A program made the translations under genes and the position numbers. A DNA stretch of 64,000 bases from Escherichia phage vB_EcoM_EC001: sequence record MN445185.1; one strand, 5' to 3'. The notes beneath the pieces were generated by a model. That model was not told where the DNA came from and searched no databases. It was given only the letters and a program-made list of their open reading frames with translations. Of the stretch, positions 38,751 to 47,326 are shown in pieces. Position 1 is the first letter of the stretch, and every line of letters starts with the position of its first letter.

Positions 38751-39377
38751 ATGAACGAGATTACCCTGATTCGTTTCATCGACGATATGGTGACGTGTCA
38801 GAAAGCGAATCGTCAGGATACCAAACTGCGTATCAATCTGATGGAAGAAGAGGTAGAAGGGTTTCTGGAATACCCGCGATTGGTGAAGTGGTTTAAAGAA
38901 GCACTGCCGCGTAGCTGGGAACAGCTAGAAGCGTGGTTTGCTCTACCTATTGCAGAACGTAATCCCAATAATACGATCTTCACCGGAACTACTGCATTAG
39001 ATTTGGCTGGTTCGGTGGAGCAACCTAAACGTTTAGTTTTCTTCTACGTCAATGGCGATTCAATAATGGCTGATACAGTTAACTGGATTTCTGATGAGTT
39101 AACTGTAAACACCACATTGGTCGGTAGCGCTGCTGATGCCTGGGTTGTTGGTCAGCACCAATCGCAGCCGTACGAAGAAATCAAAACCGGTTATTTAATC
39201 CCGATATATCTCGACGGCGTGGCACCGGGTCGTAGTGCCGAACTGTTCAAATTCCTGCTTACTGAAACGTTAAAGGTTGTCGATTCTGATGCTGGTCGGG
39301 CGTGGTATGAATTAACCAAAGAGCGCACCGACAGTTTCTGGGAATCACTCGGCCACCGTAAGTTTACTCCGCAATAA
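38751..39377 (+). CDS. Hypothetical protein
   Basis: 208 aa ORF with RBS AAGGA; no phosphoesterase (Mre11/SbcD) motifs seen. Confidence 0.5.
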   Translation: MNEITLIRFIDDMVTCQKANRQDTKLRINLMEEEVEGFLEYPRLVKWFKEALPRSWEQLEAWFALPIAERNPNNTIFTGTTALDLAGSVEQPKRLVFFYVNGDSIMADTVNWISDELTVNTTLVGSAADAWVVGQHQSQPYEEIKTGYLIPIYLDGVAPGRSAELFKFLLTETLKVVDSDAGRAWYELTKERTDSFWESLGHRKFTPQ

Positions 39378-39388
39378 CTCTCCTCTCT

Positions 39389-39421
39389 GGAACCCTTCGG
39401 GGTTCCATTTCTTCTTTTTTA
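39389..39421 (+). terminator. Intrinsic terminator
   Basis: GGAACCC-TTCG-GGGTTCC hairpin followed by ATTTCTTCTTTTTT. Confidence 0.7.
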
Positions 39422-39473
39422 CGCATGACCTTTTGGATATGAACGACTAATACTTTCTCATTAGAAGGCAAAC

Positions 39474-41984
39474 ATGCTCAAGGTCGAACGTATCATTTTG
39501 AAAGGATTTACCGGCATGGGGTTACATGAAATCGAAACGTTTGATTTCACCCTCAAGTCCACCGTTACCATCATCCTCGGCGGTAACGGCTGCGGTAAAA
39601 CAAGCCTCCTATCTGTTTTTCTCCCCATAGCTCCAGCAAAATCTGAATTCCGTGAAGGTGGTTCTTACACTAACTACGCGTTAGTCGGGGACGACCGTCT
39701 TAAGTTTGAAGTCCTGCGTCGTGGGTCTTCTCTGTCTTGTAGTATCTTCAACATCACTAAAGGTGTTTCCGTCGTAGACTCGGTAAACGCCAAAGTTTAC
39801 AACTCCATGGTGGAGCAATTAACCGGAATCACCAAAGAAATCAAAGAGTTAATTAATGGTGAGACCTTATTAACTGACGCCACTACCGAAGTTCGTCGTA
39901 AATGGTTTACGTTAATGTCAGAATCTGATCTGACGTACGTTGTTGGTTGTTATCGTCGTCTGCGTAAACTCGCTTCCAGTTTAAGTGGGGCCATTGAGCA
40001 CACCGGCCGTAAAATCGGTGAGGCAAAAATGCGCGTGGTGGACGATGAAGAAGATCGTGCACGTTTGGAAGTTCGTTTGAAAGAACTGGACGTTGAGCTT
40101 CAGGAACTAAACCGCACCATTGAAGCGAGACCCGGTTTAGATAACGCCGTTTCGGTTGATAGTATCCGGAAACGCATTGCTTCGTTGCAACCGGCTGTAA
40201 AACTCATTATGGAGCGTTATGGTGTTCTGCCTTCTGACGAACTGATTAACGAGTTTCAAAGTCGTGTAGTTGCCTGGCGTGAGCAAGCTGCCTCTGCTGA
40301 AACTGAATGCAACATGTACAATAAAGAGTTGTCACAGCTACTGGATGAGGAGTCGCGTCAAGCGTATCTGATGCGCAACCATACCGGTCTAAAACAAACA
40401 ATCGACAGCTTAAAACAGGAACTGGCAACGTTCCAACAGAACTGGATGTTCCCGGCTCTGTTTGAAGGTACCCGCATCGATGTGGATAGCATTCAGAACG
40501 CGTTAAACGATGCCTGTAACTGGAATTTACCGTTGTCCATGCATCTGGACCAGTTAAAGACAACAGAGCGCCTGGGAGCGTTAGAGAAGCGTTTACAGGG
40601 TATGGATTTAACCTCTGCGGGTCTATCTGAAAAGCTGCAACGTTGTGAGAATGTGCTACACGGTTTATACCACGACCGTCAACACTTCTTAGAAACTGCA
40701 GAAGTTGATTGTCCACAGTGTAACCACCGTTTCCGTCCTGGGATTCGTAAGTCGTTACCTGAAATTGAAAAGGCCATCAACGATAATGAAGGTTGGAAGA
40801 AGCAGCTGAAAGACGAAATGGATAGTCTTTTGCGTGACCGCAAAGAGATTGAAGAGGACGTCCGTAGCTTACGTACGATTCGCGAAATCGTCATGTCGTA
40901 TTCCAATCATCCCGTTGTCGGTTTGTTTTTCCGTAAACTGCAGGAGCTGGATATCTTCACCACGGCGCGGGATCGTTACGGTGCCATTGCACGTGCCTTT
41001 ACTGAAGAGTTAGATTCGGCCATGATGTATCTGCGTCAATCGGCGAAGCTTGCAACAGCGGAACGGGAATGGCAAGAGGCTGTTGCCGCAGTAGGTAACG
41101 TTGATGGTGCGCTGAGCCAGAAAATTGAACATATCCGTTCACAACTGGATGGGGCTAACCGTCGACTGATAGAATACCGCAGACAAGCCAATGAGCTGGA
41201 ACGCGAAACCACCCAACTGCAACAAACCAAAGAAGCAATCGAACGTTTCCAAAAGGGCTACGAACATCTGGTATCGGAAATGAACATCTCCGTTAACAAC
41301 GTCGTGGTTCGCGAGTTGTTAAACCGACGCGAAGCGAAGCTCGATGCGTATACTTCCGCTCGTGAACGGTTTCGTCAAATGGAAGGGGCTATTGCACGTT
41401 TAGCGGAACTGGAAAAAGAGCAAGCTGAATTGCTTAAAGAGCATCACCATGCCAGATTGATTATCAATGCCGTCTCACCCGAAAAAGGATTATTGCGTCG
41501 TTACTTTTATGCTGCGATTACCCGCATCATGGATTTAATGAATCGGTATATCGAAATGGTGTGGGCATATCCGATGCAGGTTATTCCATGCGATCTAACC
41601 GACGGGGATTTGGATTATACTTTCCCGGTACGATTAAAAGACCATGAAGAACTGGTGCCGGATGTGAAGAAAGGTTCGAAGGCACAGCGTATTATCTTTA
41701 ACATGATGTTTCGTTTAACGGCGTATAAAGCGCTTGGTTTACAAAACTATCCTTTGTTATTGGATGAACCCTCTGAAGGCATGGATGAGGAACACAAAAA
41801 TCGACTGGTCAACTTCATTAAATCGTTGGCGTTGTCGGGAGAGTTTTCTCAATTGCTGGTCGTTTCGCATGAAGCGGAAGTTCATTCTAAACTTAACGAA
41901 GCCACCTACTGTGTCGTGGAGCCAGAAGGTGTAACGCTTCCACCGGTTTATAACGAAGGGGTAATAATCAAATATGCATCATAA
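39474..41984 (+). CDS. Rad50/SbcC-family ATPase with coiled coil and central CxxC zinc hook
   Basis: N-terminal Walker A GGNGCGKTS; central CPQC in the middle of a long coiled-coil-like region; C-terminal Walker B LLLDEPSEGMD and H-loop VVSHE. Confidence 0.8.
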   Translation: MLKVERIILKGFTGMGLHEIETFDFTLKSTVTIILGGNGCGKTSLLSVFLPIAPAKSEFREGGSYTNYALVGDDRLKFEVLRRGSSLSCSIFNITKGVSVVDSVNAKVYNSMVEQLTGITKEIKELINGETLLTDATTEVRRKWFTLMSESDLTYVVGCYRRLRKLASSLSGAIEHTGRKIGEAKMRVVDDEEDRARLEVRLKELDVELQELNRTIEARPGLDNAVSVDSIRKRIASLQPAVKLIMERYGVLPSDELINEFQSRVVAWREQAASAETECNMYNKELSQLLDEESRQAYLMRNHTGLKQTIDSLKQELATFQQNWMFPALFEGTRIDVDSIQNALNDACNWNLPLSMHLDQLKTTERLGALEKRLQGMDLTSAGLSEKLQRCENVLHGLYHDRQHFLETAEVDCPQCNHRFRPGIRKSLPEIEKAINDNEGWKKQLKDEMDSLLRDRKEIEEDVRSLRTIREIVMSYSNHPVVGLFFRKLQELDIFTTARDRYGAIARAFTEELDSAMMYLRQSAKLATAEREWQEAVAAVGNVDGALSQKIEHIRSQLDGANRRLIEYRRQANELERETTQLQQTKEAIERFQKGYEHLVSEMNISVNNVVVRELLNRREAKLDAYTSARERFRQMEGAIARLAELEKEQAELLKEHHHARLIINAVSPEKGLLRRYFYAAITRIMDLMNRYIEMVWAYPMQVIPCDLTDGDLDYTFPVRLKDHEELVPDVKKGSKAQRIIFNMMFRLTAYKALGLQNYPLLLDEPSEGMDEEHKNRLVNFIKSLALSGEFSQLLVVSHEAEVHSKLNEATYCVVEPEGVTLPPVYNEGVIIKYAS

Positions 41985-42165
41985 AGGTTGGCGCTTATGG
42001 GCTTGGTGGGGTTTTCAGTTCCTTCAGTTTGTTGTGATGGTACTGTACCTCTCCTTTTGTGCAACCGTAGTGGTTATCGCTGCGGTCGTTTATTTAGCTG
42101 CTGCTCTTAAAGAACGTCTGTTCGACACGCGTTGTGAGTGGCGAGATATAGGAGAACGGACATGA
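41974..42165 (+). CDS. Small hydrophobic membrane protein
   Basis: 63 aa; hydrophobic stretch FQFLQFVVMVLYLSFCATVVVIAAVVYLAAAL. Confidence 0.4.
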   Translation: MHHKGWRLWAWWGFQFLQFVVMVLYLSFCATVVVIAAVVYLAAALKERLFDTRCEWRDIGERT

Positions 42166-42266
42166 TTGAAGGTATCGTATTAACCGGTATTGCACTGTGG
42201 TTGATTCGTGGTGCCTGGGGTTGGATTATCCGCACGAAAGGATGGGCATTCCATGGCAAGACGTAA
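42162..42266 (+). CDS. Small hydrophobic peptide (34 aa)
   Basis: ATG preceded by GGAGAA; MIEGIVLTGIALWLIRGAWGWII...; below the ORF-track length cutoff, my own translation. Confidence 0.35.
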   Translation: MIEGIVLTGIALWLIRGAWGWIIRTKGWAFHGKT

Positions 42267-42444
42267 ACCTGGTCGTTTAAAGTTTTGGGCAGTTGTGGTA
42301 ATGCACACTGTGGTGCTACTCGGTATTTTCATGTCTCGCGCTACGCCTGCCTTTTGGGGCTTAGTTGTTTTGGTGTTCTTAGAAGGGGTTTACTTCGGTA
42401 ATCTGTGGAGCAAGCCCCCCGCGTTTAAGGGACCCGGCTTATGA
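42253..42444 (+). CDS. Small hydrophobic membrane protein
   Basis: Start at internal ATG (MARRKPGRLKFWAVVVMHTVVLLGIFM...); one or two TM-like segments. Confidence 0.4.
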   Translation: MARRKPGRLKFWAVVVMHTVVLLGIFMSRATPAFWGLVVLVFLEGVYFGNLWSKPPAFKGPGL

Positions 42445-42572
42445 CAGTCGTGAATAGTGTCAACGCAGCCATGATTGCAACAGGTGCGTATGATGGTGCC
42501 ACCTGGACAGACCTTGGCATTACGATTATCATCTGTGCAATCGGAGCATTTCTGGCATCATGGTTATTTTAG
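42441..42572 (+). CDS. Small hydrophobic peptide (43 aa)
   Basis: ATGA start/stop overlap with the previous gene; ...LGITIIICAIGAFLASWLF; my own translation. Confidence 0.35.
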   Translation: MTVVNSVNAAMIATGAYDGATWTDLGITIIICAIGAFLASWLF

Positions 42573-43110
42573 TGAAGTGGGTTGGGTGTATCATCTGTAG
42601 CCTGGTACTAGGAGCAGGCGCATACGCCCTAGGCGCAATCCTTGCATTGACGCAAGGTTGGTTTTAACAGGAGGGTAATTACGAAGTGGGAGAAGTATCA
42701 TGTAACAGTGAAACAGTCTCTGATCCCGTGGTCGTGGGTTCAGGGGCGGCCGTGCCAACCCGGCGTATCGTTCTTTCGAGCGCGGGGATGGCTATAGGGT
42801 CTTCAAAGAACCTTCTAGCAGACATCGCGGAAGTCTGCGGGCCGGATGATTTTGCAGTTTCACGTACAGTCGGGGAAGACTGGCGTGGTAATCAGAAGCG
42901 CCATGAGCGAATGTGGCGACGGAAGGTTACCTCAGCATCGCAGCGTTTTCAACGACGTTGTTGATCAAAGACACGGTTCCGATAGAGAACTGGTCTTTAC
43001 CTGCAGCGGTATACACCGCTTAAGTTTACCGGTAAACTTAAGAAAACACAAACGCAATTCTTCGTTACTCGCTTTCATCGCAGGTGAAAGCTCACTTAGG
43101 AATTCAGCTC

Positions 43111-43599
43111 ATGGCCGAAATTGTCATTCTTTCCTCATCCTCAGATTTAACGGAAGCACAAAATAAACAGCTGTTGGGGCTGCATTATAAATTTCTGAAC
43201 CACCAACGTACCATACTCCATATCGAAAAAGGTGAGATTCCGAACCTCACTCTGGAGAAACTGTTGGCGGGGAACCGTGCTTGTGTTGCTCTGGAAGGGG
43301 GTACCCCTGTTGGTTACTGTTTGTATCGCGTAATCGCTGGGGTTCTGAAGATTCGTACGATGTTCGTGTCTGAAATGGCACGCCGTCGTAAAACGATGAC
43401 GCAGATTTTTGATGCGCTTGATGTGAATGAACGGTTCACCAGTGCGCATGGGGGAATATACGCTTGCCAGGAAGCTGGTATTGCGTTCTTTACCGCTCGC
43501 GGTTTTGACAAGACCGTCTCTACAGACGGACAATGGCTTGAATTTAAGAAGCAGGTTCCTGCGGAAGCAGATGAACCTTTAAGGACTGCGGTAGCGTAG
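43111..43599 (+). CDS. Hypothetical protein, weakly GNAT-acetyltransferase-like
   Basis: Start at MAEIVILSS; C-terminal ...AGIAFFTARGFDKT resembles a GNAT motif B; the Q/RxxGxG motif A is not convincing. Confidence 0.3.
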   Translation: MAEIVILSSSSDLTEAQNKQLLGLHYKFLNHQRTILHIEKGEIPNLTLEKLLAGNRACVALEGGTPVGYCLYRVIAGVLKIRTMFVSEMARRRKTMTQIFDALDVNERFTSAHGGIYACQEAGIAFFTARGFDKTVSTDGQWLEFKKQVPAEADEPLRTAVA

Positions 43600-43670
43600 T
43601 CCTGTTTTAGCACTCCTTACGATTATGCCTCACTATGAGTGGGGTATTTTTTACGCGAGGAGTGCTATTT

Positions 43671-43880
43671 ATGTTTCACCGTCCTGGGTTTTCAGCTTTA
43701 AACACCGATGTCTGTTGGGCTGAGTACGAACGGGCGAAGGAGTTCTTACCCGTAAATCCAAAACACATCAACGTGGGTACTATCGGGCGTGTTGCGTTTG
43801 ATGATACTCCGCTGAGTACGTGTATTAAAGCAGCGCTTGGTACGCTGCCGGCGTCTATAGTTATTGAGGAATTAAAATGA
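43671..43880 (+). CDS. Hypothetical small protein
   Basis: ATG after RBS GAGGAG; stop overlaps the next start. Confidence 0.4.
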   Translation: MFHRPGFSALNTDVCWAEYERAKEFLPVNPKHINVGTIGRVAFDDTPLSTCIKAALGTLPASIVIEELK

Positions 43881-44395
43881 CGGACATTCGTGTTGACATA
43901 TATGGGGAAATTCATACCACGGCCGATCGTAATCGTGTTGAATGGGCGATCATCGATAACCATCGGAAAAAACCATACGATTTTTTACTGTGTGAAGAAC
44001 TGGGGCCGTATGAATATCACACTGCAAAAGCGCAAGATAAGGCATTAAAGGAGAAGATGTACTCTATTGGGCCCATGGGGCTGGAGTTGGCTAAGAAACT
44101 CGGCATCCCTGCTATTGGGATCGATGACTGGAGCGATGCAACCTACGCTAAAGATATCAAGGATAAAAAGGGAAGGGCTGTAAACTTTAGCCGTTCTTTT
44201 TATATTCGTGAAGCTAAAATGGTTGAAAAAATTAAAAAGTATATGGCAAAAGGACGTTGTGCTGTTATGCTCGGCGACTCACACTTGCGCACCACGAAAA
44301 CCAAAGAGCTTGGTGGTGCGTCCCTTATCTGGGAAACATTTAAGGATAATCCTGAAGTGAAGTTTCACAGGAGCCCTAAACGCGAGATTGATTAA
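43877..44395 (+). CDS. Hypothetical protein
   Basis: 172 aa ORF. Confidence 0.5.
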   Translation: MTDIRVDIYGEIHTTADRNRVEWAIIDNHRKKPYDFLLCEELGPYEYHTAKAQDKALKEKMYSIGPMGLELAKKLGIPAIGIDDWSDATYAKDIKDKKGRAVNFSRSFYIREAKMVEKIKKYMAKGRCAVMLGDSHLRTTKTKELGGASLIWETFKDNPEVKFHRSPKREID

Positions 44396-44413
44396 ATCTA
44401 AAGGAGCATTAAA

Positions 44414-44836
44414 ATGGTTACCGCTATTCGCGAAACAAAATCACTATACGATCATTTATCAGAAGAAGAAACAGCCTTATTCTACGACCTGTTACCTGAA
44501 ACCAAAGCAAACGTTCAGTGGTGGTTACGTTTAGCGTTACGTGATAAAGTTGGGGAAACGCCGGTTAGTATTCTCGCGCACACGTTGGACATGACGCCCA
44601 TGATTGAAATCGCGATTACCCGCCCTAAATTCTGGCGGCCTGGTATGGTGCGTGAGGCGTATCTACTCCAACGCTTAGGTGTTGACCCGGAGAAGTGTTG
44701 GCGTAAGATGGACGACCATCGCTACCGTGAAGAAATTACGAATAGCCTCAACACTATGTTGGCAATGAAACGACTCGGTATCGAACACGAAGGTTTCGAG
44801 TCAGCGGTACAAACCTGGGTGAAAAGGAATAGCTAA
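44414..44836 (+). CDS. Hypothetical protein
   Basis: 140 aa ORF with RBS AAGGAG. Confidence 0.5.
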   Translation: MVTAIRETKSLYDHLSEEETALFYDLLPETKANVQWWLRLALRDKVGETPVSILAHTLDMTPMIEIAITRPKFWRPGMVREAYLLQRLGVDPEKCWRKMDDHRYREEITNSLNTMLAMKRLGIEHEGFESAVQTWVKRNS

Positions 44837-45035
44837 ATGCAAAAAACAATCATCGGAATAACAGTTAGTTCTTTCTGTGGCTTCCCTACCCCACAAACAG
44901 AACCCCAATATTTAGGCGCAGGTAAACCCGATCCGGAAGTCCGTAAGTTGCGCGAAGAAGCAAAAGCCAGAGTTCTTACTGAGCTGGAATCGTTGCTTCA
45001 GTCTCCGGTTATTTCACAATGGGGTATGGCAATAG

Positions 45036-45536
45036 ATGTCACTAGAACTGATCGACGAGGCCGTTATCTCCCACGACCTGTTTAACGCGCCTGAGCGCTT
45101 CAAGGTCGTTACAGTTAACTGTGTTGGTGCAATGGGAAGGGGCATTGCTTTGGCGTGCCGAGAACGCTTCCCATCGCTTTATAATGACTATCGCCAGAAA
45201 TGTCGTAAAGAGCAAATCGTTATCGGTGAGGTCTATTGTTATCCTGAGGAAGGGGTAATACTCCTTCCTACTAAAACCCATTTTCGCTATAAATCGCAGA
45301 TTTACTATGTCACGTCCGGCATTGATGCGCTGGCGCGACTAGGGGAAGACTTAGAAGGAGGGATTGCGATACCGCCCCTAGGGATGGCTAACGGTTGGTT
45401 ACGTTACCATGAGCGATTGGAAATCTTTATACACTTACAGAAACGACTACAGCACACGGAGCAGACTTATCGATTCTATTTACCGGACACATTGCTAAGG
45501 GAAGCAGAGAAAATCATCCCAAAAAGTTTCAAATAG
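45036..45536 (+). CDS. Macro-domain-like protein (putative ADP-ribose binding/hydrolase)
   Basis: FKVVTVNCVGAMGRGIALACRERFP resembles the macro-domain core V(V)NAAN..L.GGGV.GAI followed by a basic/aromatic segment; by-eye only. Confidence 0.45.
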   Translation: MSLELIDEAVISHDLFNAPERFKVVTVNCVGAMGRGIALACRERFPSLYNDYRQKCRKEQIVIGEVYCYPEEGVILLPTKTHFRYKSQIYYVTSGIDALARLGEDLEGGIAIPPLGMANGWLRYHERLEIFIHLQKRLQHTEQTYRFYLPDTLLREAEKIIPKSFK

Positions 45537-45635
45537 ATATTATCATCAGGGCACATTACAAAGGAGCACAATGCCGTCCGCGCCGTCTTCCCGGATTGGG
45601 AACGGAAAAGTATAAATCCGTTTGGAGATACATCC

Positions 45636-46358
45636 ATGTTTCGCACCATTTTATTTCTTCTGGTAGCAGTGACCACATTCAACAGCAACGCTTCTTACCA
45701 GTCCACCAGTAACAAACATCAAAAAGAATTTGTCCTTATCCAGGACCAGTTCAATGAGATTAAACCTCTCATCGTCTCTGCATCTCGAAAACAAGGCGTA
45801 CATGCCGGGATGCTTGCGACCACCATTTACCGCGAATCCCGTTTTAATAAAAACGTGGGTAAGAATAAATCGAGCAGTGCTAGTAGTGTTGTCCAAATGA
45901 CGACAGGTACTAAACGCTCCATGATACGTCTGTATGGGAAACAACTTAACATCCCAAAGAACGCAGACCTTAATAAACCGAAATATGCTGTACAGCTTGC
46001 TGCTGTTTACATGAAACACATCGAGGATCATCTGACAAAACAACTCAAACGCAAGCCGAGCACAGCCGAAATTGCATTAGGCTACCGCTTCGGTGAGAGC
46101 GCTGCTGTTGCGATGATTAAAAAGAAATCATCGGTCGGGAAACGCTGGATGGACAGCTACCGAAAAGACGCAGCATTCTACGGTGCGAAAATGACGCCAC
46201 CGAAAGCTGAAACACGTCAGCTTGCTTTTGCGAAGGAAGACCGCGACCAACGCGTCGCTGAGCTTCAGAAAATCTGGGATACGCTGTACACCAAAATATC
46301 ACCTGCGGCCGGTACACTACTGGCAAATAACACTATCATGAAAGGAGCATTGCTTTGA
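45636..46358 (+). CDS. Secreted lytic-transglycosylase-like (SLT domain) protein
   Basis: Signal peptide MFRTILFLLVAVTTFNSNA; YRESRFN...SSSASSVVQMTTGT fits the SLT pattern ES....S.A.GLMQ..T. Confidence 0.45.
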   Translation: MFRTILFLLVAVTTFNSNASYQSTSNKHQKEFVLIQDQFNEIKPLIVSASRKQGVHAGMLATTIYRESRFNKNVGKNKSSSASSVVQMTTGTKRSMIRLYGKQLNIPKNADLNKPKYAVQLAAVYMKHIEDHLTKQLKRKPSTAEIALGYRFGESAAVAMIKKKSSVGKRWMDSYRKDAAFYGAKMTPPKAETRQLAFAKEDRDQRVAELQKIWDTLYTKISPAAGTLLANNTIMKGALL

Positions 46359-46948
46359 CACTCGTAACACGCCCCTGGTATCCAGGTCTTAAAACAGCCG
46401 CACAAATCACCGCCAAAGATGTCTACGAATTAATTCGCGCGGGTGCGGAACACGTTCAAACCAACCCGAACTATGTAGAGCGTCCTATCGGTGAAGTCGA
46501 TGGGGAAGCTGTCGAAGCACCGGTCTACGTTGAGTACGGCGAATGGTTCGCAGAGAACCACGGTTTCTACGACGCGTTAAACGCGGCGTTTGGTGATGAC
46601 GAAGACGAAGGTATCGAATTCGACTGGAACGTTAATCTGGCGCTGATGTGGATTTGTGGTTTACGTCCAGCAATTAACGAAACCGAAGCAGGTTTCGTGC
46701 TGACCTGGCGACAGTCGGCAGGTTACGATAAAGGTCTCGACTTCAAACAGGCGTATATGGATGTGTCGATTGCACTGCAGAAACTGTTCTTCGGCGACCG
46801 TGCTTTCTGCCAGCTCAGCTGGTTGACCATCCTGGAAAAACTGGCAACGTGTCACAAACTGTGGCGAGCAGAAGATGCCCCAGAACATCTGTTCGTGCTC
46901 GAATACGCAGTGGTACCAAACCAGCCGTTCTTTGAGGCCGAAGCGTAA
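46355..46948 (+). CDS. Hypothetical protein
   Basis: 197 aa acidic protein; followed by terminator 46954..46988. Confidence 0.5.
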   Translation: MTLVTRPWYPGLKTAAQITAKDVYELIRAGAEHVQTNPNYVERPIGEVDGEAVEAPVYVEYGEWFAENHGFYDALNAAFGDDEDEGIEFDWNVNLALMWICGLRPAINETEAGFVLTWRQSAGYDKGLDFKQAYMDVSIALQKLFFGDRAFCQLSWLTILEKLATCHKLWRAEDAPEHLFVLEYAVVPNQPFFEAEA

Positions 46949-46953
46949 TTAAC

Positions 46954-46988
46954 GGTCAGACCTTCGGGTCTGACCACCTTTTATTTAA
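46954..46988 (+). terminator. Intrinsic terminator
   Basis: GGTCAGACC-TTCG-GGTCTGACC hairpin followed by TTTTATTT. Confidence 0.65.
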
Positions 46989-46999
46989 TTCTTGGATGT

Positions 47000-47266
47000 G
47001 TGTTCGTGAAACGTTTAATAAATTTTCTCTACTGGATGGAGAAACGCTATAGCCACAACATTCCGATGATGTATAGTTTGTTATTCTCCACGGTAATGTT
47101 GGTAATCGGTGCGATAGTCGCGCATTTGATGGAACTCACCACTCCATGGGCGCAGCTTTTTCTCACCATCTGGATGTTGTTCTCAGGCTACCACATACGT
47201 GGTTTCATAACCCGATTCTTTCGCTGGCGTAGTACCTGGCATGTCTTTAATTCCGACCGTAACTAG
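47000..47266 (+). CDS. Small membrane protein (two predicted TM helices)
   Basis: 88 aa; LLFSTVMLVIGAIVAHLM and LFLTIWMLFSGY hydrophobic segments. Confidence 0.45.
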   Translation: MFVKRLINFLYWMEKRYSHNIPMMYSLLFSTVMLVIGAIVAHLMELTTPWAQLFLTIWMLFSGYHIRGFITRFFRWRSTWHVFNSDRN

Positions 47267-47326
47267 TTTTTTACAGCAGTAACTAATCATCTGAAAATAC
47301 CATTGACTTTTATAAGGACTATTAAC

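Noticed and set aside
38751-39377. Candidate Mre11/SbcD partner immediately upstream of the Rad50-like gene
   Set aside because: The 208-aa protein has none of the calcineurin-like phosphoesterase motifs (D.H, GD, GNHD).
42669-43110. Possible tRNA or small structured RNA in the GC-rich ambiguous region
   Set aside because: No T-loop (GTTCRANYC) or acceptor/CCA pattern was found by eye; retained only as a low-interest finding needing a covariance scan.
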